A stretch of 64,000 nucleotides of DNA, from assembly GCF_006345805.1 (NCBI RefSeq), contig NC_043005.1, positions 44,702,001 through 44,766,000 on the forward strand, written 5' to 3'. Shown here in pieces: positions 63,552-64,000 of this stretch (positions are counted from its first letter, which is position 1; the number at the start of each line of letters is the position of its first letter). Source of the DNA: Octopus sinensis (lineage: Eukaryota). The translations under genes and the position numbers were made by a program. The notes below the pieces were generated by a model, which was given only the letters and a program-made list of their open reading frames with translations, was not told where the DNA came from and did not search any database.

Positions 63552-64000
63552 TACATATGATAGACTCTCCTTTTGTTAGATGACATACAAGGGTTTGACA
63601 ATTTCTTACTGAACAACCACACAGATGATTTGTTTATAGTGATCAAATGTTTGTGTAGACATAAGCACTCTCCCTCCATCAAATCGACATTACCTGTACA
63701 GGTGCAATAGGTGCCACATATCAGATGACAAAATGATCGCAGAGCACTGAGCCATATGCCTTCACACACACACACACACATATATATGACAGACTTCTGT
63801 TTAGTTTCCATGTACCAAATCCACTCACAAGGATTTGGTCAGCCCTAGGCTATAGTAGAAGACACTTGCCCAGGGTGCTATACTGTCTGTGTGATTGGGA
63901 AGCAGATTTCTTGTCACACAGCCATGTCTACGCTTATATAAATGGATAAAAATTTGGAGCAATGCTATTTTTGACTGGAAACATACTGCTATAAATTTGT

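Noticed and set aside
3666-63811. Most ORFs in the supplied track (IYIY, VCVC, HTHT, MYVC repeats and SINE translations)
   Set aside because: They are translations of microsatellites or SINE/RTE UTRs with no protein-like content

Overview
AT-rich, repeat-dense animal genomic DNA. The SINE/RTE repeat families and the (TA)n/(CA)n/(CAT)n load look like an octopus (coleoid cephalopod) genome; this is my inference from recognising the repeats, not a database result. Almost all ORFs in the supplied track are microsatellite translations or transposon debris. Supported content: (1) short candidate exons of an unidentified + strand host gene, best supported by a terminal exon at 54175-54383; (2) DNA transposons: three decayed mariner DD34D copies, two maT/DD37D copies (one full length with TIRs), the 5' part of a Helitron with an OTU protease domain, and pogo-, TA- and TTAA-type MITEs; (3) retroelements: a young CR1-clade RT fragment, many RTE 3' ends, two Penelope-like elements and several tRNA-derived SINE families; (4) locally templated duplications and a mosaic ~1.1 kb tandem array. 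The most notable signal is about a dozen type I hammerhead-ribozyme motifs (CUGANGA...GAAA...NUH with closing stems), from roughly nine unrelated sequence contexts, in 64 kb. Most sit next to (TA)n tracts. One lies at the 3' end of a Penelope GIY-YIG element with an inverted terminal tail, one in a ~357 bp retrozyme-like tandem, and three in the tandem array. Ribozyme activity is predicted from motif and pairing only.
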